This document shows positions 46,458 through 56,661 of a stretch of DNA of 64,000 bases, piece by piece. The stretch is from Candidatus Peribacteria bacterium (GTDB taxonomy: Bacteria; Patescibacteriota; Gracilibacteria; Peribacterales; Peribacteraceae). The notes beneath the pieces are model-generated. The model made no database searches. It saw only the letters and a program-made list of their open reading frames with translations, and was not told the DNA's origin. The stretch is taken from positions 64,001 to 128,000 of the forward strand of contig JBEPVF010000003.1 in the NCBI GenBank assembly GCA_041691135.1, given 5' to 3'. Position 1 is the stretch's first letter. Each line of letters begins with the position of its first letter. The translations under genes were made by a program, and so were the position numbers.

Positions 46458-48173
46458 ATGCTTCCTTCGCTCACCGCACGGGCACAAAAAATTATCCACG
46501 ACACGTTTGATGTCGATGTCGAACCGCAGTGGCAGTTTCCGCGTGAAGTGGCGCATGGAGATGTCACCCTCTCGCTTGCGCTCCAGTTGGCTAAGCGGGT
46601 GGGGAAGAATCCGAAGGAGATCGCAGACCTACTTCGAACAGGACTCGAGAAGGATCCATCGGTGATAAAAATTGAAGTGGCGGGGAATGGCTACGTGAAC
46701 GTGTGGCTTTCTGCCGGCGCACTCCAATCAGAACTGGACGCGGCGATGGCCGCCGGGAGCGCACAACCTATACGAAAAAAAGAGGCACCGGTGATCGTGG
46801 AGTATTCATCGCCAAATATCGCCAAACCGCTTGGTATCCATCATATTCTGTCGACAAGCATTGGACAGGCGATTGCGAATCTGTACCAGCATGGGGGGTT
46901 CAAAGTCATCCATTGGAACTACATCGCCGATTGGGGACTGCAGTTTGGAAAATTGTGGGTTGCCCACCAGAAATGGGGAACGCGTTCGGTTGAAGACTAT
47001 TCGTTGGATGACATGCTCCAGCTCTATGTGAAGTTTCACGCAGAGGCGGAGACAGACAGTACGTTGGAAGATGCCGCCCGCGCGGAATTTAAAAAACTGG
47101 AAGACGGTGATCCGGCCATTCGTCACTTCCTCGATGTCATTACGGACAGCACCAAGAAGGCGAACAAGCATATTTATGATCGTCTCAACGTCGCCTTTGA
47201 TGTGGAATACGGTGAAGGTTTTTATGAGGACAAGATGCAGCCGGTCATTGACGAAGGGAAGAAGAAAAAAGTGATGAAAGAAGGCGAGAAAGGCGCGCTC
47301 ATCGTGGAGTTTCCCGAGGAGTCAAAATTGCCGCCGTACATGATCTTGAAAGGGGATGGTGCGACGCTCTATTCCACGCGTGATCTGGCGCAGATGCGCT
47401 ACCGCATCGATACCTATCACCCGCAAGGAATTTACATTGTGGTTGATGTGGCACAGAAGTTGCACTTTCAGCAGCTGGAAGCGACATGCAAGCTGCTCGG
47501 ATGGGAGTTGCCCAGCTTCGAACATGTCATTTTCGGTCGCATGAGTTTTACGGACCAGGCGATGAGCACACGCAAAGGAAATATCGTGAAGCTCGACGAT
47601 GTTCTGAACGAAGGTGTCGAGCGGGCAAAAAAGAAGATCGACGAGCATCGTGCTTCAATTCAGACCGATGACGAAGCCGAGTTGGCCGAAATCATGGGAG
47701 TGGGTGCACTCGTCTACGGCATTCTGAGTCAGAACCGTAAAATGGATATTGTCTTTGATTGGGACAAGATGCTGAGCTTTGACGGCAACAGCGCGCCGTA
47801 TTTGCAGTACACGCATGCGCGGGCGAGATCGATATTGCGAAAGGTGACCGACCCGCCTTCATCTGCGGACTCCGGCGAGGCAGGGGTGACAGAGGAGGAG
47901 CTCATGTTGGGAGATTATGAGCGGACGCTCATCAAAACGCTGATGCAGTTTCCGGCGGCGATCGCCGAAGCGCGTGAGACGCATATGCCGCATAAGTTAG
48001 CCAATTTTTTGTTTCAGTTGGCACAGGATTTTAACGGCTTCTACAACATCGAACCTATTTTAAAGGCCGAAGGTCCGTCCCGCGCATTCCGCCTGCGTCT
48101 GGTCGAACTGACTGCCGATACATTGCGCACCGGCGCTTCGCTTCTTTCCATTCGTGTTCCCGACCGGATGTAA
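46458..48173 (+). CDS. argS: Arginine--tRNA ligase
   Basis: VEYSSPNIAKP, DWGLQFG, DGATLYSTRDLA, MSTRKG, PYLQYTHAR. Confidence 0.97.
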   Translation: MLPSLTARAQKIIHDTFDVDVEPQWQFPREVAHGDVTLSLALQLAKRVGKNPKEIADLLRTGLEKDPSVIKIEVAGNGYVNVWLSAGALQSELDAAMAAGSAQPIRKKEAPVIVEYSSPNIAKPLGIHHILSTSIGQAIANLYQHGGFKVIHWNYIADWGLQFGKLWVAHQKWGTRSVEDYSLDDMLQLYVKFHAEAETDSTLEDAARAEFKKLEDGDPAIRHFLDVITDSTKKANKHIYDRLNVAFDVEYGEGFYEDKMQPVIDEGKKKKVMKEGEKGALIVEFPEESKLPPYMILKGDGATLYSTRDLAQMRYRIDTYHPQGIYIVVDVAQKLHFQQLEATCKLLGWELPSFEHVIFGRMSFTDQAMSTRKGNIVKLDDVLNEGVERAKKKIDEHRASIQTDDEAELAEIMGVGALVYGILSQNRKMDIVFDWDKMLSFDGNSAPYLQYTHARARSILRKVTDPPSSADSGEAGVTEEELMLGDYERTLIKTLMQFPAAIAEARETHMPHKLANFLFQLAQDFNGFYNIEPILKAEGPSRAFRLRLVELTADTLRTGASLLSIRVPDRM

Positions 48174-48215
48174 GCCGGTCTTCCCGCTCTCCCCGTTTCC
48201 TTTCTCCACCTTCTC

Positions 48216-49643
48216 ATGTCCACGCATCGTTCTGCTCACCGGAAGCATTCCTCTTCCGGCGCCGGTCCCCTGGTTGCTTTCACGCTGATTGCCATGTTCG
48301 GCATCCTGTTTGCGGGTTGCACGCCGGCGATCAAAGGACCGCGCGACGTGGCTCCCGAAGATGTCACCTTCACCGAACAGGACATCGCAGCCATGCATGC
48401 CACACTGTCGTCTGACAGCGGTCAGACCACGTCCGGCGGAGAAGGCATGGCGCAACTTGAGGGCTCTGCAAGCGGGACGACAACTGCGGTTATCCCCTCG
48501 GCCGATCCGGCGTTGGTGGCTGCATACGATGCGTTGCGTTCGAATCCCAAGGCCGAGGCCAATGGCTACAAGGTGGTCAACTCCTTCGTGAACGTCCGGT
48601 CTGAACCGGCATCATCAGCGGCATTCGTGCAGCGTTTGGAGGAAGGTGTTGCGGTGAATGTGGTGGAATTCGTGAATGCGAAGTGGGCCAAAGTGGATCT
48701 TGGTGGCGGCAAAATAGGCTACATATCGTCACAGTATATTGCCAAGCTGACGACAGACGATAAGTTGGCAGAGGATAAGAAAGCATTCAGCGGACTCTAC
48801 TTCGTCGACTTCGCGTTCGTAAACGTACGCAAGGAACCGAATCAGCAGAGCGAGAAAGTGGGTGAAATTCCGGGACAGTCTCTGCTCCGGCCGCTCAGCA
48901 TGGATAAAGACTGGGCCCGTGTCTCGTTCGAGGGACATGAAGGGTTTATATCCTCGCAATATCTGACGCCATTCTCTCCCAGTTTTGTTGTGCGTCAGGC
49001 GAAGTTCGCTCTGCCGATCTTTGTCTATTCGGCCGCGACGCCCAACATGGTTACCACTCTCCGGACGCAGATGCAGACACTTAAGGACAATGGCGCCCAC
49101 TTTACGACATTGCGTGCGTTCCGTGATTTGCTGCGCAGCCAGGAGGGGAGAGACGTCCGACTCGATCCGAAGAGCGTCATCATCGCCATTGCCGACGTGA
49201 ATGCCACGACTGTCGGTCCCATCACTGATGCGCTGCATGAGCTGAGTGTTCCGGCAACGCTCTTCGTGCAGACCAAGAACGTGGGACTGAGCGCGATTAC
49301 CGAAAAGACCCTCATCACCCTCGTCGCGAACGGATTTGATCTGCAGTCGGGAGGTCATTCGGGCAACGATTTGCGGACGCTGACCAATGCGCAGATCGAT
49401 CTGGAATTGTCACAGAGTCGTAAACTGCTCGAAGACGCGATGCATCAGGATGTCTTCGCCGTGGCGTATCCGCAGGGCGGGACCAACGATCGCGTGATGG
49501 AACACGTGCGGGCAGCCGGCTATCTGTTCGGTATCGGCGCCAGTCCGGCACCGGTATTCTCGCGGGCCGACTTCCTCAATCTGCCGAGCTATCAAGTAAC
49601 GCCCACGATGGGCGCTGATGAATTGCTCAAGCTGCTGCAATAA
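48216..49643 (+). CDS. Lipoprotein with two SH3b domains and a NodB-like polysaccharide deacetylase domain
   Basis: Lipobox FAGC; VNVRSEP and VNVRKEP repeats; ATLFV, AVAYPQG. Confidence 0.8.
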   Translation: MSTHRSAHRKHSSSGAGPLVAFTLIAMFGILFAGCTPAIKGPRDVAPEDVTFTEQDIAAMHATLSSDSGQTTSGGEGMAQLEGSASGTTTAVIPSADPALVAAYDALRSNPKAEANGYKVVNSFVNVRSEPASSAAFVQRLEEGVAVNVVEFVNAKWAKVDLGGGKIGYISSQYIAKLTTDDKLAEDKKAFSGLYFVDFAFVNVRKEPNQQSEKVGEIPGQSLLRPLSMDKDWARVSFEGHEGFISSQYLTPFSPSFVVRQAKFALPIFVYSAATPNMVTTLRTQMQTLKDNGAHFTTLRAFRDLLRSQEGRDVRLDPKSVIIAIADVNATTVGPITDALHELSVPATLFVQTKNVGLSAITEKTLITLVANGFDLQSGGHSGNDLRTLTNAQIDLELSQSRKLLEDAMHQDVFAVAYPQGGTNDRVMEHVRAAGYLFGIGASPAPVFSRADFLNLPSYQVTPTMGADELLKLLQ

Positions 49644-49653
49644 TCCTCAGTCT

Positions 49654-49995
49654 TTATTGGGCACTCGATTGTTGCGCGTCGCGGTGCTTCTGAAGCGCAT
49701 CCTGCATCTGTTGAATCTGATTCATCATGTCGTCCGACACGGTGCCTGACGCATTCTGTGAGGTACCCGTAATTTGTTTGGCAGCGGCCTGCGTCATCTT
49801 TCCAATGATTTCGTCGCTGTGCACGAAGAAGTACCACGTCGACCATATGAGCAGTGCCATGGGGATCAGGCTGATCAAAAAGCGGAAAAATCCGCCAACC
49901 ATGCGTCTACCATCGCGACGGTCCATGCGTTCGAGATAGGCGATCATAATGTCCAATTTGTCTTCGACAGATTGAGGAGGCTCTTGAGCGGGCAT
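49654..49995 (-). CDS. Small single-TM hypothetical protein
   Basis: One TM segment; start set at MPAQEP. Confidence 0.65.
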   Translation of the reverse strand: MPAQEPPQSVEDKLDIMIAYLERMDRRDGRRMVGGFFRFLISLIPMALLIWSTWYFFVHSDEIIGKMTQAAAKQITGTSQNASGTVSDDMMNQIQQMQDALQKHRDAQQSSAQ

Positions 49996-50065
49996 GCGGG
50001 GAGTGTACCTGAGGGCAAGACGAGAATCCAAAAACCAAAAACCAGCGGGCAAACACAGATGGCTT

Positions 50066-51157
50066 TTAAAAGCCCCGCTTCCATTTACGCAGCACCTCGA
50101 AGCTGCGGGTGATGTGGTAACTCGGCTTCAATGGGATATCTATGCAGTGCATCAGTTCAAGTATTTTGCCGCCGAAACCGGTCTTGAACAGCGTGACGCC
50201 GGCAAACGGATGTTTGGCGTCGAACGTTTTTTCCTCCGATGCCTGCGGACCTTCTTGGCTTTTTTGCTTCTGCGGTGCGATTCCCCAGAAGTTATACACG
50301 TGATCGCCGCGTTTGAGCGCGTCCTGTATGGCGGTCCACTGCAACAGGTAACTCGACGGAATTTTCCGATGGGCCACTGTACTGGCCCCGTGGTGATAAC
50401 TCGTTTCGCCGCTCACATGCATGTGGATGGAGGCGGAGATCACCTCGCCCTGATAATCAGCCAGATAGAGCGTGCACTCGTTGCGTGGAGCGAAGTGGCG
50501 CACCTGAGCGCGGAAGAAACTATCCGAATAGGGTGTGAATCCGTGGCGCTTGCGTGTTTCGTCGTGGAGACGCAGGAAAAGATGCAGGTCGTCGACAGGA
50601 TTGTTGGATGCACGAATAGTGACGCCCTCTTTCTCGGCGCGCCGGATCAGGTTGCGGGTCGTCGCGCGCATCTGCTTCATCAGTTCATCCGGCGAGCGAG
50701 CAGGGGAATGCCTGCCGCCATCGGTTGACCAGGCATCAACATCGGTCAGCGGCAGATACCACAGATGTTCAGCCAGCAAATGCAGAGGTGATGGTCGTGT
50801 GGATACCAGAGACGACGGTGTTGCATCTTTTGGAATGTGCGGACTCAGACGGATAAAACTGCAGCCTTCGCGGCTCGCTTCTTGTTGTAGCGCATTCAGA
50901 AGGACAGGAAGAGCGTCCTGATGAGCGATAACCGGTCCGTAGGGAACCGACAAGTGCCGGCCGCGACGCGCCGGGACCACCAGTGCTTGGCAGATGCCTT
51001 GGATACCGCTCGCATCCTCTGCAATCAGGCGAATAGGGGTCTGCTTCAGATCGGCATACACGTCGCCCATCGTCCAACTCTGGAGGAACGGCGAGAAGCG
51101 TTGGACTTTGAGAAAATCATCCCATTCCCGCTGATCGGTGGCATGACGAATGTTCAT
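50066..51157 (-). CDS. FemABX family peptidoglycan aminoacyltransferase
   Basis: FLQSWT.G, TRNLIRRAEKEGV, YHHGAS, YLLQW, YNFWGI, FKTGFGG. Confidence 0.92.
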   Translation of the reverse strand: MNIRHATDQREWDDFLKVQRFSPFLQSWTMGDVYADLKQTPIRLIAEDASGIQGICQALVVPARRGRHLSVPYGPVIAHQDALPVLLNALQQEASREGCSFIRLSPHIPKDATPSSLVSTRPSPLHLLAEHLWYLPLTDVDAWSTDGGRHSPARSPDELMKQMRATTRNLIRRAEKEGVTIRASNNPVDDLHLFLRLHDETRKRHGFTPYSDSFFRAQVRHFAPRNECTLYLADYQGEVISASIHMHVSGETSYHHGASTVAHRKIPSSYLLQWTAIQDALKRGDHVYNFWGIAPQKQKSQEGPQASEEKTFDAKHPFAGVTLFKTGFGGKILELMHCIDIPLKPSYHITRSFEVLRKWKRGF

Positions 51158-51199
51158 AGAAAGAGTATGACGGGCGGCGCAGGAAATGCGAAGAGGGAA

Positions 51200-52459
51200 T
51201 CAGAGGCGGTTCAGTTCCTTGGCCAGAACATCCATCAAATGCGCAGCTTGTTTCAGGGTCATCAGTGGATGGGTAGGCAGCGATAGAATGCGTTCGCACG
51301 TGTCTTCGGCCACCGGGTCGCTGTCCGGTTCATACCCGGCCGCCGCCGCATCGGCCGACGCAGGACATACGACACAGCCTGTCCAGCCGTCATCCAGATA
51401 GATCTGCTGCTGCTTCAGTTTTTTGCGCAGCGTGTCTGCCCCGCGGAGGAAGAGCGGAAACTTCTGCAGTGGCATATCGGCTCGAATCGAGTTCGGCACC
51501 TGCACCGCTGAGTTCTCTTTCAGCCAGCCGTTCTTTTGACAGGCTTGCAGATAAAACTGCGTCAGCGTTCGCCGGTGATCGTTCAGTGCCTGCCGGTGTC
51601 GCCATTGCTCAATGGCCAGGAAAGCACAGGCATTGGGCATCGTGTGCAGGAGTGCCGGCATCGTGCCTTTCTTTTCGAGTTCCGTGAGTATGGGTGGCAG
51701 GTTGCCGATCATTTTCTGGAAGTACATGGCCGCCTTGCCGATGCCCGAGCGATAGAGTGGCAGCGCGCGACGGTAGATGAGTGGATAGTGAATCAGATGA
51801 TGAATGTGCAGCCATGAATAGGGGATCGCTGTGTGCTCGCCGTCACGGAGGTTTGCCGAGAGCGTTTTGTCGCGGATCACCACCGCTCCGCCCGTCACGC
51901 CCGAGATCGCTTTATCGCGACCAAAGCTGGCGATGATCGCGTCGCCATGTTTGCCGATTTCGCCGGGTCCGGAGCTGTCGGGCAGGATGTGTGCGCAGTC
52001 TTCAATCAACAAAATCTTGTGCTGATCACAGAGATGTCGAAGGCGGGTTGTATCGGCGGGAATGCCGAAGGTGTGCTGACAGATGACGGCACGTGTCTTC
52101 GGTGTGATGCATGCCTCGAGCGCATCGGGATCCAGGTTCAGCGTATTGCGGTCAATGTCGCAGTAGACTGCCTTGCCACCGGCCGCATGGATCGCATTCG
52201 GCACCACCACACAGGTGTAGCTCTGGACGATAATTTCTTCGCCCGGAAGCAGATGCATAGCCTGAAGTAATGCCAAGAGCGCCTCGCGGCCGGAACCAAA
52301 CAAGTACGTATCCGCACCAAAGAAATCGCGGATGCTCGACTGCAAGGCCGGCAGACTCTTGCCGTGCACGTATCGCCACGGCGTGTATGTGATTCCCAGG
52401 GCGCGTTTGCACTGCGTATCAGTGGCAAGCGGACCGAAGGTGTGGTGGATGGGATACAT
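51200..52459 (-). CDS. DegT/DnrJ/EryC1/StrS family PLP aminotransferase
   Basis: SGREAL, IEDCAH, SFGRDK.ISGVTGG, ILSLPTH. Confidence 0.9.
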   Translation of the reverse strand: MYPIHHTFGPLATDTQCKRALGITYTPWRYVHGKSLPALQSSIRDFFGADTYLFGSGREALLALLQAMHLLPGEEIIVQSYTCVVVPNAIHAAGGKAVYCDIDRNTLNLDPDALEACITPKTRAVICQHTFGIPADTTRLRHLCDQHKILLIEDCAHILPDSSGPGEIGKHGDAIIASFGRDKAISGVTGGAVVIRDKTLSANLRDGEHTAIPYSWLHIHHLIHYPLIYRRALPLYRSGIGKAAMYFQKMIGNLPPILTELEKKGTMPALLHTMPNACAFLAIEQWRHRQALNDHRRTLTQFYLQACQKNGWLKENSAVQVPNSIRADMPLQKFPLFLRGADTLRKKLKQQQIYLDDGWTGCVVCPASADAAAAGYEPDSDPVAEDTCERILSLPTHPLMTLKQAAHLMDVLAKELNRL

Positions 52460-52467
52460 GAGGCGTC

Positions 52468-54078
52468 TTATGAAACAGGAACGAACCGATCAATAGTCGA
52501 TTTTGGCATTCGTCCGACGCAGATCAGGAGGGTTTTCGGGGGAAGACGGTTGATAGCCGTATTTTTTCCGACGACCGTCACACGTTTGCCAAAGCCTTTG
52601 GCGAATGGTTTCGCGAGGGACGGATTGAGAAAAAAGACTTCGTCGAAGATCGGGGCAGCCGACGCGCCTAATTCGTGATGGATGCGCGCTTCGTCCTTCG
52701 ATCCAAGTTCGATGATGCCGCTGGTCAGAAGTACCTTGTGGCTTTCCGGCTGCACGCGAGCCCATTCGATGGCTGCCTGAAAACTCGCTTCACTGGCATT
52801 GTGCGTATCGTCCAGAATCAGTACACCATGTGCGGTCCGCACGTCGAAGGTGCTTTTCGGCGGTGCGAATGTTTTCAATCGTTCCTTCATTTCCGGCAGT
52901 GTCATTCCCAGGTGTTGCCCGACTGCTACGGCCAGCAACACGTTGGTGACATTATGTGCCCCATGGATAGGGACATCGAAAGATGTCTTGTTTACGTGGA
53001 AGCCGATGCCGGTATCGAGTACGTTGACGGCTAAAGCCTGCAGATCGTCGTGCCCGGCTGTTCCGACGATCGTTGCCGGACATTTGCAGCGAGACTTCAT
53101 CAGGCGGCAGGGGGCGCAGTCGCCGTTCAGGAACGCATGGCCCGTCTCCGGCAATGCTTCGAGCAGTTCACTCTTGGCATCAATCAGCGCTTGCTGTGAA
53201 CCGAACAGAGCCAGATGCTGTGAACCGATATAGGTGATCACGCCCATCGTCGGTTGGACGATCGAACAGAGGTTCTTGATCTCGCCTTTGGCGTACGCGC
53301 CCATCTCGATAATGAGGATCCGTGGCGCCGATTTGTCTGTCACTTGTGGCTTCTGCAGTTGCTTGGTCAGCCATTGCGCCACTCCCATTTCCGTATTCAC
53401 ATGCGCCGGTGTCACCAGCGGCTGGCGGTCGGCCAGCAGATGGGCGAGAAGTTCTTTCGTCGTGGTCTTGCCAACGCTGCCCGTGATGCCGATCACCATC
53501 ATGTCGCGTTGAGCACGCAGCACGGTGGCCTTCTGTATGATGCGATGCTTCAAAATCCGGTCGATGGGGGAGAAAGCCAGCCACGAGAGAACGATAGCTA
53601 CCGGTTGCAGTAATACGAGGAAGGGAATCAGCGGAAGACTGGAGGTCCAGATAAGGACGGCGATGGTTGCTGCGTCGAGCAGGCCGGCACCCAGCGTCAC
53701 TGCCAAAGATTTCTGAGTCCATTTTGGTATACGTTGCGCATGACGCACAAATTGAACAACAGTCAGCAGGCCGAGCAGTACGGGTGTGAGATAGACGGAC
53801 AGAGCGAAGTAGCCGAGCAACGCAAATGAATGCTCGTTCGATGCCGTCCGTTCCAGAAATGCGACCACAATCCACCACGCGACATACAGGGCGACGATCA
53901 ACGGCCGCGTCCAGCCAAATAGCGTCCGAAAAATGCCTTCGCGCTGCAAGTGTTCGCGTAAACGGTCCCAACGCCACTCCTTCAATTGCCACAAGTAACT
54001 CAGTGTGAGTAGTGGCGACAGGCAGGCCAACAGCGATAGGGCGGCAATGCCAATGGTGATGTCAGGAGGGGGAGTCAT
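52468..54078 (-). CDS. murF: MurF-like Mur ligase with N-terminal membrane domain
   Basis: GITGSVGKTTTKE, EMGAY, LDDTHNAS; several N-terminal TM helices. Confidence 0.8.
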   Translation of the reverse strand: MTPPPDITIGIAALSLLACLSPLLTLSYLWQLKEWRWDRLREHLQREGIFRTLFGWTRPLIVALYVAWWIVVAFLERTASNEHSFALLGYFALSVYLTPVLLGLLTVVQFVRHAQRIPKWTQKSLAVTLGAGLLDAATIAVLIWTSSLPLIPFLVLLQPVAIVLSWLAFSPIDRILKHRIIQKATVLRAQRDMMVIGITGSVGKTTTKELLAHLLADRQPLVTPAHVNTEMGVAQWLTKQLQKPQVTDKSAPRILIIEMGAYAKGEIKNLCSIVQPTMGVITYIGSQHLALFGSQQALIDAKSELLEALPETGHAFLNGDCAPCRLMKSRCKCPATIVGTAGHDDLQALAVNVLDTGIGFHVNKTSFDVPIHGAHNVTNVLLAVAVGQHLGMTLPEMKERLKTFAPPKSTFDVRTAHGVLILDDTHNASEASFQAAIEWARVQPESHKVLLTSGIIELGSKDEARIHHELGASAAPIFDEVFFLNPSLAKPFAKGFGKRVTVVGKNTAINRLPPKTLLICVGRMPKSTIDRFVPVS

Positions 54079-54800
54079 ACTTGGTTGGCACGGATGACAG
54101 CGGCAATATCCGCCGCCCGGTCCCGGTGCACACGATGCCGTATGCCGGGGAACAAGTGGAGCTTGCTGCCGGGGATTTTTTCATGCATCAACTTTCCGTC
54201 ACTCACCGGTGTCATCCCGTCATCAATGCCCCAGAAAATATCGGTCGGGACATGGATGCTTGGCAGCAGACTGCGCAGATCTTCGCGTGTCACATTGATG
54301 AGTGTCTGCCGCATCACCGGACTGGCTTTTTCGTAGTCGTGGACGCGGACCAGTTTGTAGAGAAGTTTTTTGCCAAGCGGTTCCAGTACCCTCAAACCGG
54401 GGACCGAGAGGAAGAACTTCCCGGCTTTGGCCATTGTGAGGCCGATCACACGTTTGATGTGGCGCGGATGATGAATGCCTGCAGCAGCACACAGGTACAA
54501 GTGCTCGATCGGCGGCGTTCCCCGTGCTGCCATTTTGATCGCGATGCGTCCGCCGTGGGAATGGCCAATCAGGAAGAGTTTTTGAGTTTGGAAGTCCGGA
54601 ACCTCTTTTCTCAGATACTGCAGGACCCATTCGACATAGTCGTCCGTTGTCCATGCCGTCGGCGGCTCCGGCTGGGCGCCAAAGCCAGGCAGATCGGGTG
54701 CCAGAATTTTTATATCCACATCCTTGAGTGCATCACGCAGTTCGTTCCACGACGATGTATCGCCGCCCCAGCCGTGCAGGCAGAGGAGAAGGGGAGTCAT
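54075..54800 (-). CDS. Alpha/beta hydrolase
   Basis: LHGWG, PDLPGFG, GHSHGG nucleophile elbow. Confidence 0.93.
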   Translation of the reverse strand: MTPLLLCLHGWGGDTSSWNELRDALKDVDIKILAPDLPGFGAQPEPPTAWTTDDYVEWVLQYLRKEVPDFQTQKLFLIGHSHGGRIAIKMAARGTPPIEHLYLCAAAGIHHPRHIKRVIGLTMAKAGKFFLSVPGLRVLEPLGKKLLYKLVRVHDYEKASPVMRQTLINVTREDLRSLLPSIHVPTDIFWGIDDGMTPVSDGKLMHEKIPGSKLHLFPGIRHRVHRDRAADIAAVIRANQV

Positions 54801-54831
54801 GAGAGGAGTATAGCTTTGATTGGGGGTGGGT

Positions 54832-54892
54832 GACGAGGACGAAGTGGTGATAAGGAACCGAGGTGACCGATGTAACTGAGGAAACCGAGGAT
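54832..54892. repeat. 9-mer tandem array (single arm)
   Basis: GGAACCGAG GTGACCGAT GTAACTGAG GAAACCGAG. Confidence 0.7.
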
Positions 54893-54895
54893 CTC

Positions 54896-55201
54896 TTAGT
54901 TTCTGGAATAGTGAAGTTCTTTACCCAGAATCAGTTTTTCCTTTTGAGCTTTTCTCCATTTCTTCACCGCTGCTTCGCGCTTTAACGCCTCGGACTTCGT
55001 CCCGAACGCTTCGTTGTACACGATGCGTATCGGTTGTCGGCTGCGGGTGTATTTTGCTCCTGTTCCGGCATTATGCGCCGCTTCGCGGTCCGTAAGATTG
55101 TTACAGTAGCCGGCGTACAGTGAATCATCGGCGCAGCGGGCCAGATAAAAATAGAAGAACGATTTCTTCTTCGCAGGTTTTTTAGCCGTAAACTTACGCA
55201 T
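54896..55201 (-). CDS. GIY-YIG nuclease, UPF0213 (YhbQ/YazA-like)
   Basis: YLARCADDSLYAG, HNAGTGAKYTRSR, ALKREAAVKK. Confidence 0.9.
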   Translation of the reverse strand: MRKFTAKKPAKKKSFFYFYLARCADDSLYAGYCNNLTDREAAHNAGTGAKYTRSRQPIRIVYNEAFGTKSEALKREAAVKKWRKAQKEKLILGKELHYSRN

Positions 55202-55583
55202 GGCCGCCCGGCGAACAGGATGCCTGTGCCAAGCCCACCGCTGTGACGCAGGTCCACACATCTGGTCCGGTAGCCGTCTTGGTCGGTCCCCAGACGGTGC
55301 CGTCGCCTGCCGTTAAATCACACCATTCGCCGGTGGAAGACGGTGGCAGTCCGATGTAGTGCGTGGTGCCGTATTCGTCGAATTGTTCGTAATCCGGCCG
55401 CATCAGATTGATGCCGTCTTTGGTATGCGGTTTGGTGGTGCAGATAATTTTGTTCACATCGACATGTTGCACAGCAAGACGGTGCATGAGATAGGGATAG
55501 CCAAGTACGGCTGCATACCCCACCAATGCGAGGACGATGATGCGCGTGGTGAAACCTTGTACTCCGTCGAACATGCTTTTCAT
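55194..55583 (-). CDS. Membrane-anchored Cys-containing hypothetical protein
   Basis: Start set at MKSMFD; one TM then a Cys/Thr-rich domain. Confidence 0.6.
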   Translation of the reverse strand: MKSMFDGVQGFTTRIIVLALVGYAAVLGYPYLMHRLAVQHVDVNKIICTTKPHTKDGINLMRPDYEQFDEYGTTHYIGLPPSSTGEWCDLTAGDGTVWGPTKTATGPDVWTCVTAVGLAQASCSPGGHA

Positions 55584-55615
55584 CGTAGCAACCTTGTCCC
55601 GTATCTTCCAGTTGA

Positions 55616-56278
55616 TCAAATGTCCGTAATCTCGTTGATCAATGCATTGGGTTTGTCGTCTCGATGGGTGCGAGTCGTGGGGTGAGTCAGTTGTTTCGGA
55701 TGTCCGTACCGGGCGATCAACACGATCAGGAACGAACACAGCAGCATGCCCGCGATCCAGAACAGCAGCTGTTCCAACGGTCCCGTCACGCCAAACTGCA
55801 GTTGGGGCGGATAGGGAGAAGGCCCGCGCAACAAGACGAAAATACAGCTGGTGCCGAGCAGGAAGTAATAATCGAGCGGGAAATGTCCGGCCCAGGTGCG
55901 AAACCACCAGATGTATCCGCGCATGAATCTTTGCCAGCCGAAGTATGGATTCAGCAGGAACCACAGGAAGTCCCAAAATACAAAGTACTCGCAGAAGCTG
56001 GCGAGCAGTGTCCATTCCAATGACCACGTCCATCCGATGAACAGGATGGGAAAGTGGAACATCAGCAATTGAACGATGTTGAGGTACAGGTGATAGCCCG
56101 TCAGCGGCTTACCGTTATTCAAAAAACTGAGCCACTTGGATTCCACTTTCCATGTCGGCAGAGCCGTCGCCCATCCGTGCGGGCCTTCGATCTGAATCTC
56201 GAACAGCGCTGTTACAATCGACAGGACCAGGATGAACAGCTGCAGGATAAGGAGAAATACAGGACTCTCGTAGGGCAT
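55616..56278 (-). CDS. Conserved-looking membrane protein
   Basis: EIQIEGPHGWA.LPTW, LTGYH, DFLWFLLNP; several TM segments. Confidence 0.75.
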   Translation of the reverse strand: MPYESPVFLLILQLFILVLSIVTALFEIQIEGPHGWATALPTWKVESKWLSFLNNGKPLTGYHLYLNIVQLLMFHFPILFIGWTWSLEWTLLASFCEYFVFWDFLWFLLNPYFGWQRFMRGYIWWFRTWAGHFPLDYYFLLGTSCIFVLLRGPSPYPPQLQFGVTGPLEQLLFWIAGMLLCSFLIVLIARYGHPKQLTHPTTRTHRDDKPNALINEITDI

Positions 56279-56405
56279 GCGCAGAGAGTACCCCCATTTT
56301 GTCCGCGTTTCACCTCTTGAATGTTCCGGTGACTATATTTCAGTTCTGTGTAGTGATGGAATGGGACGTTGCTCCACAATTTTTGTAAGATGTTTTGTTG
56401 GGCAG

Positions 56406-56510
56406 TTCGACTGCGCTGCGGCTCCGCTCACTGTCATTCGCTTCGGCAAAGAATGGCCGGAGCGCTGGAGCGCGACGACCATGAGCGAGGCGCCAGAGCG
56501 CCGAGTCGAA
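56406..56510. repeat. REP-like palindrome abutting the tRNA(CAT) 3' end
   Basis: TTCGACT...CGCTCA / TGAGCG...AGTCGAA. Confidence 0.7.
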
Positions 56511-56586
56511 TGGTGCCACCGGCCGGGATTGAACCGGCGACCCCGGGCTTATGAGTCCCGTGCTCTACCAACTGAGCTACAGTGGC
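56511..56586 (-). tRNA. tRNA with CAT anticodon (elongator Met or Ile2)
   Basis: GCCACTG...CGGTGGCACCA, loop CTCATAA; paired G1-C72, so not an initiator. Confidence 0.93.
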
Positions 56587-56661
56587 ATGTAATGAAAAGG
56601 TCATTTCGATTCGCCTGCCACGAGCTAGTCTTGTTTCCTGACGCCCGCGCGGCGGGCTAGG

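Noticed and set aside
55584-56033. Long N-terminal part of the 279-aa ORF 55194-56033
   Set aside because: Out-of-frame overlap with the 55616-56278 membrane gene; the likely start is 55583.
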